Shown here in pieces: positions 47,369 through 56,231 of a DNA stretch of 64,000 bases. Under the pieces are notes generated by a model that saw nothing but the letters and a program-made list of their open reading frames with translations, made no database searches and was not told the DNA's origin. Both the position numbers and the translations under genes were made by a program. This DNA is from Bacillota bacterium (GTDB lineage: Bacteria; Bacillota; Dehalobacteriia; UBA4068), in the NCBI GenBank assembly GCA_031553915.1, contig JAVBKT010000002.1, positions 271,642 through 335,641 of the forward strand, written 5' to 3'. The number at the start of each line of letters is the position of its first letter. The first letter of the stretch is position 1.

Positions 47369-48552
47369 CTTCTCACTCCTCCATCAATAATTTCATCAAG
47401 AAAAGATTGTCCAACCGCCAGCGGAGCCGCACCCAGATAGGCGACAGCTGTTTGGCCTAAATCAGCAAAGCTGCTGCGAATGCCTAAAGCCACGGGCTTA
47501 ACCTTTGGGCCATAAACAAGCAGCGGCGCATATTCGCGGTTATGGTCAGTGCCAAAAGTTGTCGGGTCATTGCCGTGATCTGCCGTGATCACAAAAATAT
47601 CATCCTCGCGCAGCAGTTCTAGCAACATGCCCAGATAAAAATCAAAGGTTTCAATAGCCTGACGATAGCCATCAAGGTCATTACGGTGGCCGTAAAGGCT
47701 GTCAAAATCAACAAAATTGGCAAAGATCAAACCCCGATCATGCTCTTTCAGCGCATTATATAAGGAGTGGCCGCTTTGCTGATTGTCATGCCCTTCATAG
47801 GCTGCGCTGATATCTTTGCCAGCAAAAACATCATAAATTTTGCCGACGCTGATCACCGGTATACCAGCTTGCGCCAGGCATTGCAGCATATTGCCATCCG
47901 GCGGCAACAGCGAAAAATCCTTGCGGTTAGCGGTGCGGTAAAACTTGCCGGCTTTTTCGCCGACAAAGGGCCGGGCAATCACCCTCCCGACACTATGCTC
48001 GCCTTGGCAGATGGCGCGGGCCTGGGCGCAAATATCGTAGAGCTGCGGGAGAGGGATTATTTCTTCATGCGCGGCAATCTGCAAAACACTATCCGCGGAA
48101 GTATAAACTATCGGCCGTCCGCTTTGCATATGCTCTTCGCCCAAGGTCTGGATGATCTCTGTGCCTGAGGCCACAATATTACCCAGCACTTTTCGGCCAA
48201 TAGATTCTTCAATAGCTGCTATCAGCTCCCGCGGGAAACCATGCGGATATGTCGGCATTCTTTGCGTGAGTACAATTCCGGCCATTTCCCAATGCCCGCT
48301 GGTAGTATCCATGCCTGCTGTTTGCGACGCCATCTTGCCATAAGCAGCGCGCGGTTGCTTAACCGGGGCTACGGTTTTGAGCGGAATAATATTGCTTATG
48401 CCCATATTTTGCAGCGTGGGGATATCAAAGGTGCTGCTATATTCGGCAATATGGCCAAGAGTGTTAGCGCCAGTGCTATTGTACGCCGCAGCATCCGGCA
48501 ATTCCCCTGCGCCCAAACTATCCAGAACAATAATAATAAACCTCTTTTTCAT
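47365..48552 (-). CDS. deoB: Phosphopentomutase
   Basis: VLDSLGAG, DTTSGHWE, YTSADSV, ADHGND. Confidence 0.97.
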   Translation of the reverse strand: MKKRFIIIVLDSLGAGELPDAAAYNSTGANTLGHIAEYSSTFDIPTLQNMGISNIIPLKTVAPVKQPRAAYGKMASQTAGMDTTSGHWEMAGIVLTQRMPTYPHGFPRELIAAIEESIGRKVLGNIVASGTEIIQTLGEEHMQSGRPIVYTSADSVLQIAAHEEIIPLPQLYDICAQARAICQGEHSVGRVIARPFVGEKAGKFYRTANRKDFSLLPPDGNMLQCLAQAGIPVISVGKIYDVFAGKDISAAYEGHDNQQSGHSLYNALKEHDRGLIFANFVDFDSLYGHRNDLDGYRQAIETFDFYLGMLLELLREDDIFVITADHGNDPTTFGTDHNREYAPLLVYGPKVKPVALGIRSSFADLGQTAVAYLGAAPLAVGQSFLDEIIDGGVRR

Positions 48553-48556
48553 CGCT

Positions 48557-49483
48557 TTAGCGCTCTCCTTTCATTTTTGCCCGGGGGTGATAGGTATTAT
48601 AAATGCGTTTTAATTCCCCGGTGCTCAAATGAGTATATATTTGGGTAGTCATAATATCGCTATGGCCAAGAAATTCCTGAATGATGCGCAAATCCGCGCC
48701 ATTTTCCATCATATGCGTTGCCGCTGAGTGGCGCAGCGTATGCGGGTGAATATCATAGCCCAATCTTTTGCCGTATCCCTCTAAAATACGCCAAAAACCA
48801 CTGCGGCTCAAGCTGTTGCCCAGGCGGTTGACAAATAATTGCTGTGTTTGTTTTTGCTGCAGCAAAGAAGGACGGCTTTCTGCCAAATAGTCATTAACCG
48901 CCTTGAGCGCAAAAGAACCCATAGGGATGATACGCTCTTTATTGCCCTTGCCCTTGACCCGTATCAGCCCCAGCTCAAAATTAATATCATGGACGCTGAT
49001 ATTAACCAGCTCTGATACGCGCAAGCCGCAGCTGTACATGGTTTCTATCATCGCTTTGTCGCGGCAGCCAAGCACAGTCCGCTGATCCGGCAAAGCCAGC
49101 AGCTTGTCCATTTCCGACTGAGTCAAAACATAGGGCAGCGGTTTGCTCCTTTTGGGCGTTTGCAGATTTTGGCTGATATCTTTGCTCTGCCTTTTATCCA
49201 AAAGCAAAAAACGGCAGAAACCACGAATGGCGGAAAGGCGGCGGCTGATGGTTGAGGCTTGTTTTTGCGCCTTTTTTTCCGCGGCAAGATAGGCCATGAT
49301 ATGCTCGCTCACCAGCTCTTCCGGACTGTTGCAACCAGAGGCCACGGCAAAGCGGGCAAAGCTGTTCAGATCACGGCGATAGCTATCTATGGTCATATCT
49401 GACATAGCCTGCTCATGCAGATAGTCGATATAATCGAGGATTGCTATGGCAAAATTCTCCTGGGCTTCCTTTTTGCTGACCAT
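48557..49483 (-). CDS. xerD: Tyrosine recombinase XerD
   Basis: GLRVSEL, GKGNKER, HPHTLRH, LGH..TTQIY; conserved xerD-deoB-punA synteny. Confidence 0.92.
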   Translation of the reverse strand: MVSKKEAQENFAIAILDYIDYLHEQAMSDMTIDSYRRDLNSFARFAVASGCNSPEELVSEHIMAYLAAEKKAQKQASTISRRLSAIRGFCRFLLLDKRQSKDISQNLQTPKRSKPLPYVLTQSEMDKLLALPDQRTVLGCRDKAMIETMYSCGLRVSELVNISVHDINFELGLIRVKGKGNKERIIPMGSFALKAVNDYLAESRPSLLQQKQTQQLFVNRLGNSLSRSGFWRILEGYGKRLGYDIHPHTLRHSAATHMMENGADLRIIQEFLGHSDIMTTQIYTHLSTGELKRIYNTYHPRAKMKGER

Positions 49484-49550
49484 TTCCGCCTCCGCGCCTT
49501 AAGCCAATATCTGATAAATTTCTGCGCGGAAGCTAAACTATCCTGCCTTT

Positions 49551-49811
49551 TTAATTGGAATCCGCCACACCGGCTACTTTATTCTGGAAATAGTCTTCCA
49601 GACTATTATACACCCGGATCGGCTCCCCCGGATAATGCACTTCATTGCCCTCCGCCGCCGGGGCGTCAGTAGAAATAATCGGCTCTGTTGTTGATGCCGG
49701 CAAGGCAGCGCTAAAGGCATATCCCACCAAAAACAACATTAGTAAAACGACAAAAATTTTGGCTAGCAAGCGTAATTTCTTTCTCGTACCGTTAATTGAA
49801 ATAACAAACAT
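49551..49811 (-). CDS. Small single-TM protein at the yqzK/DUF4227 position
   Basis: GGAGG SD; TM; sits upstream of xerD like yqzK in Bacillus; family assignment uncertain. Confidence 0.65.
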   Translation of the reverse strand: MFVISINGTRKKLRLLAKIFVVLLMLFLVGYAFSAALPASTTEPIISTDAPAAEGNEVHYPGEPIRVYNSLEDYFQNKVAGVADSN

Positions 49812-49863
49812 GATTATTCACCTCCGCCTAAATAATATGCAACTGCCCATCCTGAAATACCAA

Positions 49864-49893
49864 AAAGACCCTCGCCAATACGGGAGGGTCTTT
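49864..49893 (-). terminator. Terminator of the EF-G paralog gene
   Basis: AAAGACCCTC/GAGGGTCTTT hairpin with a T run on the minus strand. Confidence 0.75.
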
Positions 49894-49929
49894 CTCACTA
49901 ATTTCTTTTTTACTTGCTTGCTGCCAAAA

Positions 49930-51969
49930 TTATTCTTTCTCTTCTTTGGCTGCTTTGGCGGCGGCCACCACCTTGTCGGCAATATTGGACGGAACTTCTT
50001 CATAGCTGGCAAATTTCATCGTAAACTTGCCGCGGCCCTGGGTAATAGATTTCAGGTCAATGGCATAGCGGTGCATTTCCGACAAAGGCGCCTGCGCATG
50101 AATCATCTGGCGTTTACCCTGCTGTTCCATACCCATAATCCGTCCGCGTTTGGTATTCATATCGCCCATGATATCACCCATGAACTGATCCGGAACCAGA
50201 ATATCAACATCTACAACCGGCTCCAGCAAAATGGGCTTGGCTTGCTCGCAGGCTTTCTTAAAGGCAATATTGGCTGCCAGCTTAAAGGCCATCTCCGAGC
50301 TGTCAACATCATGATAAGAGCCATCCACCAGCGTAATGCGGATATTTGTAGCGGGGAATCCGGCTAAAACGCCTTCCTGCATCGCTTCGCGCATACCTTT
50401 TTCAACAGCGGGGATATATTGCTTAGGCACCGAACCGCCGAAGATTTTTTCTTCAAAAATGAATTCTTCATTGGGCTCATAGGCAATGTCAATTTTGACA
50501 TGGCCGTATTGGCCGTGTCCGCCGGATTGTTTCTTATGCTTGCCTTCGACCAGCTGCGCTGTACCGCGGATTGATTCACGGTAAGGCACCTTAACCTCAA
50601 CCGGATCAACCTCAACGCCAAATTTGCTGGAAAGCCGCGAGATAATAATATTCAAATGCGCCTCGCCCACACCGGTAAGCAGAGTTTGGTGGGTTTCGGC
50701 ATTCTTTTCATAACGCAGGGTTGGGTCTTCTTCCAGCAGACGGGAAATAGCATTACCCAGCTTATCTTCATCGCCTTTGGTGCGGGGAACAATGGCTATG
50801 GTAAGGTTTGGCTCTGGGAAATCAATGCCGTCCAAAATGATATTGCTGCCCTTGGCGGTCAAGGTATCGCCGGTAACCGTTGCGGTCAGCTTGCTCACTG
50901 TGGCAATATCACCGAGATTGACTTCCTGGAGGGCAATAGCGTTTTTGCCCTGCATGGTAGAGATTTGCGCAACCTTTTCATCAACTTTTTTGTTGGCATT
51001 GTACATCGTCTGGTCGCCCTTCATTTTGCCGGACATAACCTTAAACATGCTAATACGGCCAACAAAGGCATCTGCCATTGTTTTGAAAATGAGCGCTGCC
51101 GGGGCTTCATTGGCTGCGGCAGCATCCAACCTGGCGAGTGGAGACGGAGCATAATCCACCAGGATATCCAGCAGCTTATCTGCGCCAATGCTCTTGGTGG
51201 CGCAGCCGCAAGCGACAGGAACAACCTTGCCGGCCTTGAGCCCTTCTTTGAGGCCGAGGATGATTTCAGCATCTGTTAGCTCTTCACCATCCAGATATTT
51301 CATGGTGATATCATCATCGCCTTCAGCGGCGGCTTCAATCATCATTTCGCGATAATGTTCGACATCCGCCTGCATATCAGCTGGAATAGCAATCTCGCTG
51401 GCCTTACCGTTATCATATTTATAGGCCTTCATGCTGATTAGATCAACCATGCCGTTGAAGCTGTCTTCCTTGCCGATCGGCAGCTGGATAGGTACGATTT
51501 GACGGGTAAGGGTGGATTTCATCGAATCAAGCGCCTGATAAAAATCAGCGTTTTCCTTATCCATTCTATTGATAAAGGCCATCATTGGGATATTATTATC
51601 ATCAGCCATCTCCCAAATAATTTCTGTCGAAACCTCAACGCCGGCCACAGCATCAAGCACCATAACCAGGCAGTCAGCTACACGCAGGGTGCTGACAACT
51701 TCACCGAAAAAGTCAGAAAAGCCGGGAACGTCCAGGACGTTAATTTTATGGTCCTTCCACTCGCAAGCTACCAAAGAGGTATTGACTGTACTCTTTCTTT
51801 TCAACTCCTCAGGATGATAGTCGGCTACAGTATTGCCGTCGTCAATTTTACCTAGACGAGTGGTAGCGCCGGTAGCATAAATTAATGCTTCGGTTAAAGA
51901 GGTTTTTCCTGCCCCTTGATGGGCAACAATACCGACATTACGGATTTTTTCACTGGGATAGACCTTCAT
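49930..51969 (-). CDS. fusA2: Elongation factor G paralog (EF-G II type)
   Basis: Full five-domain EF-G layout (KHKKQSGGHGQYGH, DGSYHDVDSSEMAF); divergent G motifs; outside the str operon. Confidence 0.92.
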   Translation of the reverse strand: MKVYPSEKIRNVGIVAHQGAGKTSLTEALIYATGATTRLGKIDDGNTVADYHPEELKRKSTVNTSLVACEWKDHKINVLDVPGFSDFFGEVVSTLRVADCLVMVLDAVAGVEVSTEIIWEMADDNNIPMMAFINRMDKENADFYQALDSMKSTLTRQIVPIQLPIGKEDSFNGMVDLISMKAYKYDNGKASEIAIPADMQADVEHYREMMIEAAAEGDDDITMKYLDGEELTDAEIILGLKEGLKAGKVVPVACGCATKSIGADKLLDILVDYAPSPLARLDAAAANEAPAALIFKTMADAFVGRISMFKVMSGKMKGDQTMYNANKKVDEKVAQISTMQGKNAIALQEVNLGDIATVSKLTATVTGDTLTAKGSNIILDGIDFPEPNLTIAIVPRTKGDEDKLGNAISRLLEEDPTLRYEKNAETHQTLLTGVGEAHLNIIISRLSSKFGVEVDPVEVKVPYRESIRGTAQLVEGKHKKQSGGHGQYGHVKIDIAYEPNEEFIFEEKIFGGSVPKQYIPAVEKGMREAMQEGVLAGFPATNIRITLVDGSYHDVDSSEMAFKLAANIAFKKACEQAKPILLEPVVDVDILVPDQFMGDIMGDMNTKRGRIMGMEQQGKRQMIHAQAPLSEMHRYAIDLKSITQGRGKFTMKFASYEEVPSNIADKVVAAAKAAKEEKE

Positions 51970-52090
51970 TTAATATCCTCCTTCAACAGCTGTGTTCAGC
52001 TTATATTTCAACCTATCTTATATTAGAGACGTTCTCGATAAAACCCTTTTTTATTGGCAAAATAAATTGACTTCGCGCATACAATTGTCT

Positions 52091-53629
52091 ATGAACCCAA
52101 AACCGCAAAAAACAGGTTTATTTTGGGGAACAGTTTTACTGCTCTTCTCTAATATTATTGTCAAGGGGCTCGGTTTTTTTTACCGGGTGGTGTTAGTGCG
52201 CCTGCTCGGCGTAGAAGGCGTGGGCTTAATCGAAATGGTTTCGCCCATTTTTTCTTTTTTACTGGTGCTGGCCGGCTGCGGTATTCAAACCGCGCTGTCG
52301 CAAATTATCGCTGCCAGACATGGCGAGAATAGCCGCCGTTATTTTCATACTGCAGTCATTCTCTTAGTCATCGGCAGCTCCATCCTTACCGGCGCCGCCT
52401 ATCTGGCTGCGCCCTGGCTGATCGAAAACTTTGCTCCTGACCAACGCATTTTGCTTTGCTTTAAGGCTGTTCTGCCGGCAATTATTATTATTTGCGCCGC
52501 ATCTTCCCTGCGCGGTCTTTTCCAGGGCAATAAGCAAGTCGCGCCTCTGGGCATCAGCCAAAATGTCGAGCAGATCATCCGGGTGATCGCCGGCATTTGG
52601 CTGATCGGCAAGCTGGCAACAGCCGGACTGGAAATAGAAGTAAGCGCAGCCTCTATTGCCACGGTCTGTGGCGAGCTGGCCGGGGTCATCTATCTGATCT
52701 GGGTCTATTTGCGCAGAAAAAACCAGCTGTTTAGCAGTATGGATAACAAAGGCGGCTTTAGCTTTGGCGCAGCCAAAGAGCTGCTGCGTATGGGCCTGCC
52801 CTTAACCGGCAGCCGCCTGGTCAGCACTGGTATCCTCATGCTGCAGGCGTTGCTGATCCCCTTATGCCTGAAAATGGCGGGCTGGGATATTCGCGCTGCG
52901 ACAGAAATATACGGCCGTTTTTCCGGAGTAGCCCTGGCTCTGCTGCATTTGCCGGGAGTATTTACTTCCGCGTTAACGGTATCGGTTCTGCCCGCGGTGG
53001 CGGAAAGCATGACCTATGATATCAGCGGCCAGCGCATCCTCGGCCAGAGGATTAACGCCTCCATGCAGGCGGCGTCATCTTTTACTCTGCTGGGGATGGT
53101 TTTACTTTTCCTCTTTGCTGATCCGCTGTGCACTTATCTTTTCGACAATCCCCCTGCTGCGGCCATATTAAAAATACTGACCTGCGGCGGCATTTTCTTC
53201 TACCTGTCATTGACTCTGGCCAGCATACTCCAGGGTCTGGGCGAGGTACGCCAGCTTTTAGTCAATAATATTATCAGCGGCATTATCCTCTTACTGGGTA
53301 TTGTGCTGTTGACGCCACATGCCAGCCTCGGCATTCAAGGCACAGCTCTGGCCGCGGATATCTCCTGGCTATGCGCTTTTTTGCTTAATCTGCTCAGTGT
53401 TTATCGCAAGGGCAAGGTGCGCCTGGACTGGAAAAATATTGCCTTTAAGCCGGCAATGGCCGCTCTTGTTGCAATTCTCTGCTACTACTTTGCCCGGCCC
53501 CTTTTCCCCGGTTTATTGAGCAATCAAAACATAACCACCATGCTGATATGCGGCATAGTGGTTGCAGTGGTCTATCTATTAACCTTGTTTGTTTGCGGCG
53601 GTTTGATTAAGCTTCGCCGCCAAAAGTAA
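52091..53629 (+). CDS. spoVB: SpoVB/MurJ-like MOP flippase
   Basis: KGLGFFYRV..RLLG.EGVGL; many TMs; CATACAAT SigE-like -10 upstream. Confidence 0.82.
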   Translation: MNPKPQKTGLFWGTVLLLFSNIIVKGLGFFYRVVLVRLLGVEGVGLIEMVSPIFSFLLVLAGCGIQTALSQIIAARHGENSRRYFHTAVILLVIGSSILTGAAYLAAPWLIENFAPDQRILLCFKAVLPAIIIICAASSLRGLFQGNKQVAPLGISQNVEQIIRVIAGIWLIGKLATAGLEIEVSAASIATVCGELAGVIYLIWVYLRRKNQLFSSMDNKGGFSFGAAKELLRMGLPLTGSRLVSTGILMLQALLIPLCLKMAGWDIRAATEIYGRFSGVALALLHLPGVFTSALTVSVLPAVAESMTYDISGQRILGQRINASMQAASSFTLLGMVLLFLFADPLCTYLFDNPPAAAILKILTCGGIFFYLSLTLASILQGLGEVRQLLVNNIISGIILLLGIVLLTPHASLGIQGTALAADISWLCAFLLNLLSVYRKGKVRLDWKNIAFKPAMAALVAILCYYFARPLFPGLLSNQNITTMLICGIVVAVVYLLTLFVCGGLIKLRRQK

Positions 53630-54389
53630 TTTCCTCTTTTTGGAGCATTTCCAGCAAACGGTAATCAGTGAAATCTGAATGCAGCGGCGTAATCGTCGCA
53701 TAGCCATTATTACATACTTCGACATCGCTGCCCACGCCGCAAGCGCTGTCGTCAAATTTGCCTTGCAGCCAATAATAAGTGCCGCCTCTGGGGTCAGTCC
53801 GCTCGCCAAAAGGCTCCGTATACCAACGCCAGCCCATATAAGTGTATTTGACGCCCAGCACATCTTCCGGAGCTGCGCCGGGAACATTAATATTCAAAAA
53901 CATCCGCGGAGAATACTCCTTCTCCGCCATTTGCAAGCATACTTGCGCGACCATTTGCGCGGCATAGTGATAATTGCCCCTACCCCGGCCATGGCGAATG
54001 CCTGCCGCAGAGACGGCAATAGCGGGATAGCCATTCAAATAGCCTTCCATGGCAGCGGCGACAGTGCCGGAATAAATAATATCTGTACCCAGGTTTGGCC
54101 CCTGATTAATGCCGGAGATAACAATATCCGGACGCTCTGTCATCAGGGCATCCAGGGCCAGTTTCACACAATCAGCAGGCGTGCCGTCAACTGCCCAGGC
54201 CTGCTTAATCCCTGGGATGTCCCTTTGATAGGCGCGAATGGGCATAGTCGTGGTTAAGCCATGGCTGGTGCCGCTCTTCTCGGACAGGGGCGCGGCAACA
54301 TATATCTCTGCAATTTTGCTTAGCTCTGCTGCTAGAATTTGGATACCCGGGGCGTCAATGCCGTCATCATTACAAATGAGAATCTTCAA
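53607..54389 (-). CDS. surE: 5'/3'-nucleotidase SurE
   Basis: NDDG, GTPADCV, SGINQGPN, YSGTVAAA; AGGAGG SD before TTG 54389. Confidence 0.96.
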   Translation of the reverse strand: MKILICNDDGIDAPGIQILAAELSKIAEIYVAAPLSEKSGTSHGLTTTMPIRAYQRDIPGIKQAWAVDGTPADCVKLALDALMTERPDIVISGINQGPNLGTDIIYSGTVAAAMEGYLNGYPAIAVSAAGIRHGRGRGNYHYAAQMVAQVCLQMAEKEYSPRMFLNINVPGAAPEDVLGVKYTYMGWRWYTEPFGERTDPRGGTYYWLQGKFDDSACGVGSDVEVCNNGYATITPLHSDFTDYRLLEMLQKEEITFGGEA

Positions 54390-54949
54390 TCGTACAGTCC
54401 TCCTATGCGTGATAGCGGCCAATAGGTGAAAACAGCCTTGCCTTTGATAGCATCTTCGCTGAGGAAAGGATTAATCCATTCATGGCTGTCAGCGCTGTTG
54501 TTGCGATTGTCGCCCATCACAAAATAGCTCTCTTCGGGGACAGTCACCGGGCCATAAGTATAGTTGGGCTGTGCATTAAGATAGTTTTCTTCTAGGGGTT
54601 CGCCATCAATATAAACATAGCCGTCTTTGATTTCCACTGTTTCTCCGGGCAGGCCAATCACCCTCTTGATCAGGTCGTATTTCAGGTTTAGCTCAGCCGG
54701 AGGCGTAAAGACGATAATATCGCCGCGCTCGGGCGCGCCATTAAAAGCATAGGCCAACCGCCACAGCACGATGCGGTCGCCCTCCTCAATCGTCGGCACC
54801 ATTGATGGTGTGGGAATAGAGCGGCTGTCTACCAGAAAAGTTTTAATTACCGCAGCCAACGCTACAGCGCAAAGCAGAATTATGACAAATTCCTTTATCC
54901 AGGATTTCACTTTACTCTGAGTATTTGTTTGAAGAGTTTTTTTGGACAT
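54386..54949 (-). CDS. lepB: Signal peptidase I
   Basis: PSM, IKRVIG, GDNRNNSADS. Confidence 0.96.
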   Translation of the reverse strand: MSKKTLQTNTQSKVKSWIKEFVIILLCAVALAAVIKTFLVDSRSIPTPSMVPTIEEGDRIVLWRLAYAFNGAPERGDIIVFTPPAELNLKYDLIKRVIGLPGETVEIKDGYVYIDGEPLEENYLNAQPNYTYGPVTVPEESYFVMGDNRNNSADSHEWINPFLSEDAIKGKAVFTYWPLSRIGGLYD

Positions 54950-54986
54950 ACTTTTATTTACCTCTAATCTATTTTATCAGTCTATT

Positions 54987-55550
54987 CTATCTTACAGATT
55001 TAATCAGGCTGAAAGCCTCGGAACGGGTGGCGTTTCTATGAAAAACACCGCGCACAGCAGAAGTGACCGTTAGTGAGCCCGGCTTTTTGACGCCGCGAAT
55101 GCTCATACACATATGCTCAGCTTCCATCACCACCAGCACCCCTTGCGGCTTTAAGGCCTGCATAATCGCCTCGGCGATTTGGCTGGTCAAACGCTCTTGC
55201 ACCTGCAAGCGGTGGGAAAATCCCTCGACAACACGGGCAATTTTCGAAAGCCCGGTGATGCGGCCGCCCTCAGGGATATAGGCCACATGCGCTTTGCCAA
55301 TAAAAGGCATCATATGGTGCTCGCAGATCGAGGCAAAGGGAATATCGCGGACAATAATCATTTCTCCATGCTCGTCCTCGCGAAACTGGGTGATCAGATG
55401 TTCTTTGGGGTCTTGTTCAATACCGTCAAAAATTTCCTCATACATCCTTGCCACCCGCGCGGGGGTTTGCTGCAATCCTTCCCTATCTGGGTTTTCGCCA
55501 ATGGCTGCCAATATTTCCTGCACCGCAGCCATTATTCTTTCCCGGTCCAT
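54987..55550 (-). CDS. folE: GTP cyclohydrolase I
   Basis: [24 protein letters not shown]. Confidence 0.97.
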   Translation of the reverse strand: MDRERIMAAVQEILAAIGENPDREGLQQTPARVARMYEEIFDGIEQDPKEHLITQFREDEHGEMIIVRDIPFASICEHHMMPFIGKAHVAYIPEGGRITGLSKIARVVEGFSHRLQVQERLTSQIAEAIMQALKPQGVLVVMEAEHMCMSIRGVKKPGSLTVTSAVRGVFHRNATRSEAFSLIKSVR

Positions 55551-55695
55551 TTTTCATCCTCCATACATTTGCTTATCGCAGACAATAGTATTATTGTATG
55601 CCAATTATCTTTTACCGTCAAGCATTCGGCATAAAGATTAAAAACGCGCATATCTTGAAACAAAAACATTTTATCATCATACTTGGGAGGTTATT

Positions 55696-56064
55696 ATGGA
55701 AAAAGGAATCTTAAGCGGATTTTCTCTGCATACGCTTAAATCAATGCTGATTGGCCTGGGCGCAGCATTGTTGGCCATGCTTGTCCTCTCCGGCCTCATC
55801 TCTTTAATCGTCTATTTGACCCCGATGATGGACAGCAATCTGGTTGCCTTTGCTATTATCACCCCGGCTATTGCCATTTTTGGCGGCAGTTTTCTGGCCG
55901 CGCGCATTCATGGCAGCCGCGGCCTGCTGCTGGGCTTGGCCACCGGCATTCTGCTCTTTCTCTTAATGCTCATCTTGGGCAGCAATGTGGCCATTTCGCC
56001 ACTGCTGAAGCTGGGATATTGCGCTCTGTGCGGTATGGCCGGCGGCTTTTGGGGCATCAAATAG
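55696..56064 (+). CDS. TIGR04086-type four-TM membrane protein
   Basis: GGAGG SD; four Gly-rich TMs; GLLLG motif; SigE/K-like CATAnnnT upstream. Confidence 0.75.
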   Translation: MEKGILSGFSLHTLKSMLIGLGAALLAMLVLSGLISLIVYLTPMMDSNLVAFAIITPAIAIFGGSFLAARIHGSRGLLLGLATGILLFLLMLILGSNVAISPLLKLGYCALCGMAGGFWGIK

Positions 56065-56231
56065 CTTTTGTGCCTGATGCCAAGACAAAAGGCGGTAATT
56101 ATCTACCGCCCCTGCCACAAAAAAAGCGTCTCAAAAATTTTGGCAGCGCAAAATAATAAATTTTCATCTTCATCCCTCCAACCTCTCTCTTGTATCGACA
56201 TATTATTCAGCAAGAGCGGGATTGGTGACTA

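Noticed and set aside
48557-49483. Tyrosine recombinase as a mobile-element integrase
   Set aside because: It sits in the conserved chromosomal xerD-deoB-punA-pdp context, so it is housekeeping XerD.
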